Source of the DNA: Lama guanicoe
Taxonomy: Eukaryota
NCBI GenBank assembly: GCA_013239625.1
Contig: MU054001.1
Coordinates: forward strand, 6,683,078-6,747,077
Reading direction: 5' to 3'
Length of the DNA: 64,000 nt
Under the pieces are notes generated by a model. The model ran no database searches, was not told where the DNA came from, and was given only the letters and a program-made list of their open reading frames with translations. Shown piece after piece: positions 60,924 through 64,000 of this stretch; the stretch's first letter is position 1; the number at the start of each line of letters is the position of its first letter. The position numbers were made by a program, and so were the translations under genes.

Positions 60924-62567
60924 GAAAAATATCTATTCGGATCCTCTATTTTGTATTGAGTTGTGTTGTTTCTTTTTTCATCTCCCATTCAGTAAGCAGG
61001 CTTTTTGTTTTGTTGATAGATTCCTGCTACATAAATGCTTTTTAGTTTGATATAGTCCCATTTGTTTATTTTTGCTTTTGCTTCCCTTGTCTTAGGAGAC
61101 AGATCCAAAAAAAAATATTGCTAAGTCTGATGTCAAAGAGAATACAGCCTATGTTTTCTTCTAGAAGTTTTAAGGTTTCTGGTCTTACATTTAAGTCTTT
61201 AATCCATTCTGAATTGATTTTTGTATAGGTGTGGGAAAGTAGTCCAGTTTGATTCTTTTGCATGTAGCTATCCAATTTTCCAAACACAATTTTATTAAAG
61301 AGGTTGTCTTTTCCTCATTGTATATTCTTTGTCATAAAGTAATTGACCATATAAGTGTGGGTTTATTTCTGGGATTTCTATCCTGTCACATTGCTCTATG
61401 TGTCTGTTTCTATGCCAGTACCATACTATTTTGATTACTGTTGCTTTGTGGTATAGTTTGAAGTCTGGGAATATGATACTTCTAACTTTGTTCTTTCTCA
61501 AGACTGTTTTGGCTATTCAGGGTCTTTTGTGTTTCCATACAAATTTTAGAATTATTTGCTCTAGCTTTGTGAAAAATCCCGTTGGTATTTTGATGAGTGT
61601 TGCATTTAATCTGTAGATTGCCTTGAGGAGGTGGTCATTTTAACTTCATTAATTCATCTGATCCATGAGCATGATATCTCTTTCCATTTGCTTGTGTCAT
61701 CTTCAACTCTTTTATCACGTGTAGATTTCCAAATACAGGTCTTTTACATACTTGGTTAGATTTATTCCTAGGAGGTATTTCTTTTTGACACAAATGTAAA
61801 TGGGATTATTTTCTTAATTTCTATTTCTGATAATTCATTGTTAGTGTATAGAAACACAACAGACTTCTATATATTAATTTTGTATCTTGCAACTTTATTG
61901 AATTCATTTATTAGTTCTAATAGTTTTTATGATGGTGTCTTTAGGATTCTCTCTATATAGTATTATGTCATCTGCAAACAGTGACAGTTTTTTTTGCTTT
62001 ATGTATTTAGGTGCTTCTTTATTGGGTGCATATATATTTACAATTGTTACATAATTTTGTTGGAGCGATTCTTTTATCATTATATAATGTCCTTTGTCTC
62101 TTGTTACAGTCTTTTTTTTTTTTAAGTCCATTTGTCTTAAGTATTGCTAGACAACACCCTCCCTCTAGCTTTCTTTTCACTTCCATTTCCATTCATCATT
62201 CATTCCATGGAACACCTTCATCCGTCCCTTCACCAAAGTCTGTGTGTATCTTTAGGTAAGAACTATCTCTTGTAGGCAGCATTTGTATATGGGTCTTATT
62301 TTCTTATCCATTCAACCCCTCTATGTCTACTGATTGGAACATTTATTCCACTTACATTTAGAGTAATTATTGATATGTATGTTCTTATTGCCATTTTATT
62401 AATTGCCTTGGGGTTAGTTTTGTAATTTCTTTTTGTTCCTTTCTCTTCTTTTGTTCTCTTCCCTAGTGATTTGATGACTATCTTTAGTGTTATGTTTGTA
62501 TTCTTTTCTCTTTTATGTGTTTGTATCTATTTTGGATTTTTGGTTTGTGGGTACCATGATATATTGG

Positions 62568-62631
62568 GGTGTGTGTGTATATATATATGTGTGTGTGTGT
62601 GTGTATATATATATACATATATATATATATA
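62568..62631. repeat. Compound (TG)n/(TA)n microsatellite
   Basis: gtgtgtgtgtatatatatatgtgtgtgtgtgtgtgtatatat... seen directly. Confidence 0.9.
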
Positions 62632-64000
62632 AAATTACTATTATTTTAAGTTGATAATCTCTTTAGTCTGAACACTTTCTAACAATCCTGAATTTTGACT
62701 GCCTCCATTCAAACTTTCAATGTTTCTGATATCATATTTTTCATCTAATTGTTTTGTCTATTCCCTAACTACTGGATGAGCAGCCTGTGAGGTTGCAGGC
62801 CTGGTGCCAGTCCACTAATGGGCAGGGCTGAGTCTTGGGGCAGTTGGTTGAGGAGGGAGGGGCCAAGGGATTCTGGGGCTAGTGTCAACCCACTAGTGGG
62901 CAGAACAAGGGTCAGGGTGGCTAGCTGTGTGACCTGGGGTTCAGGGCCAGTGCTAGCCCACTGGTGGGAGGGGCTCAGTATTCAGGTAACTGTCTGTGGG
63001 ACCCACTGGTAGGTGGGACTATGTCCCAAGGCATACTGGTGCTGGCCCACTGGTGAGCAGGGCTGGATCGTGGAGCTAGTCCTGGTCCACTGGCTAGTGG
63101 GTAAGCCCCTGGAGATAACAGCCTAGAGGAAGGAACCCAAAATGGCACTTGCCAGCACCAGTATGCTCATGGTTGATCAAGCTCCCCAAAATGGCTGCTG
63201 CCAGCATCTATGTCCCCAGGGTGAATCCCAGTTGCCTCCTGCCTCTCTGGGAGGCTCTCCAAGATCAGCAAGTGGATCTGAACCCGGCTTCTTTCAAATT
63301 ACTGCATCTGTGCTGGGACTCGGAGTGTGTGAGATTTTGTGTGTGCCTTTTAAGTGCAGGGTCTCTGTTTCCTACAGCCCTCCTGCTCTCCCACATGCCC
63401 CAACTGGCCTTCAAAGCCGGATGTTCTGGGAGTTTGTCTTCCCAGTGCAGGACCCCTGGGCAGGGGCAGCCCAGTGTAGGTACTGGACCCTTGGGAAGAA
63501 CCTCTGCAATTGTAATTATCCTCCAGTTTGTGGGTCGCCCACCTGGGGGTTGGGTCTTGATTACTATGTGTCTCTGCCCCTCCTACCTGTCTCACATTTC
63601 CTTCTTTATATTTTCAGTTGTGGAAATTCTTTTCTGCTGGTCTTCAAGTAGTTCTCTTAAATGTTGCTCTGTAAATAGTTGTAATTATGGTGTGCCCAAG
63701 GGAGGAGGTGAGCTCAGGGTCTTCCTACTCCCTCATCTTGGTGACACATCTTTCATATCCTTTTCTAAAAGATATTTTCCCCCATGTGCAAATTCTTTTA
63801 GTGCAATTTTTTGCTCTGTTCTTATTTTCTGATGAAAAGTGTCACATTGCCAATATTTGGAAGGAGTTTTAATTTCTCACTCTCTTTCCTGGATTAAAAA
63901 TATTTTCTCTATTATCTGTATCAATCTGACAGAAATCTGCCAAAAATCTTGCTTACAGAGTCTCACAGTTTAATTTTTTATAACAAAAGTAGTATAAACC

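Larger units (their letters stand above)
57490..63750 (-). mobile_element. Host LINE-1 with 5' and 3' ends, two internal deletions and a nested L1
   Basis: 3' end 57490-58527; ORF2 60924-61992; ORF2 start/inter-ORF 61993-62772; 5'UTR 62773-63745 (minus strand starts ccaagatgagggagtaggaag). No convincing TSD found for the whole element, so treating the pieces as one copy is an inference from their collinearity. Confidence 0.75.

Noticed and set aside
63142..63832. Longest non-NETO2 ORFs (169 and 227 aa), with similar ones at 17615-18104 and 58723-59226
   Set aside because: Antisense readings of GC-rich L1 5'UTRs; the mutual similarity reflects shared repeat ancestry and the frames are not conserved between copies.

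Overview
Mammalian genomic DNA, probably a camelid (inferred from a Vic-1-type tRNA-derived SINE and camelid-like L1 3' ends). The only real protein-coding sequence is the last two coding exons of NETO2 on the + strand (7543-7656, LDL-receptor class A domain; 8760-9340, TM helix and cytoplasmic tail ending SISIDF), followed by an AT-rich 3' UTR. The remaining ~50 kb is intergenic and rich in L1, L2, MIR, LTR and DNA-transposon relics. Almost all other ORFs in the track are spurious or decayed L1 fragments. The most unusual structure is a cluster at about 41.4-47.6 kb. It has two separate inverted duplications of non-coding DNA, a diverged direct duplication sharing a 30-bp core present three times, a CpG-rich patch with a strong CTCF motif between one pair of arms, and two solo LTRs with intact-looking promoter motifs. 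Three L1 copies also keep their 5' ends but lack large internal or 3' parts. Repeat family names come from my recollection of consensus sequences, not from a database search, and repeat boundaries are approximate unless a target-site duplication (TSD) is given. I cannot show that any of this is a new functional system; the hypotheses are labelled as inference.
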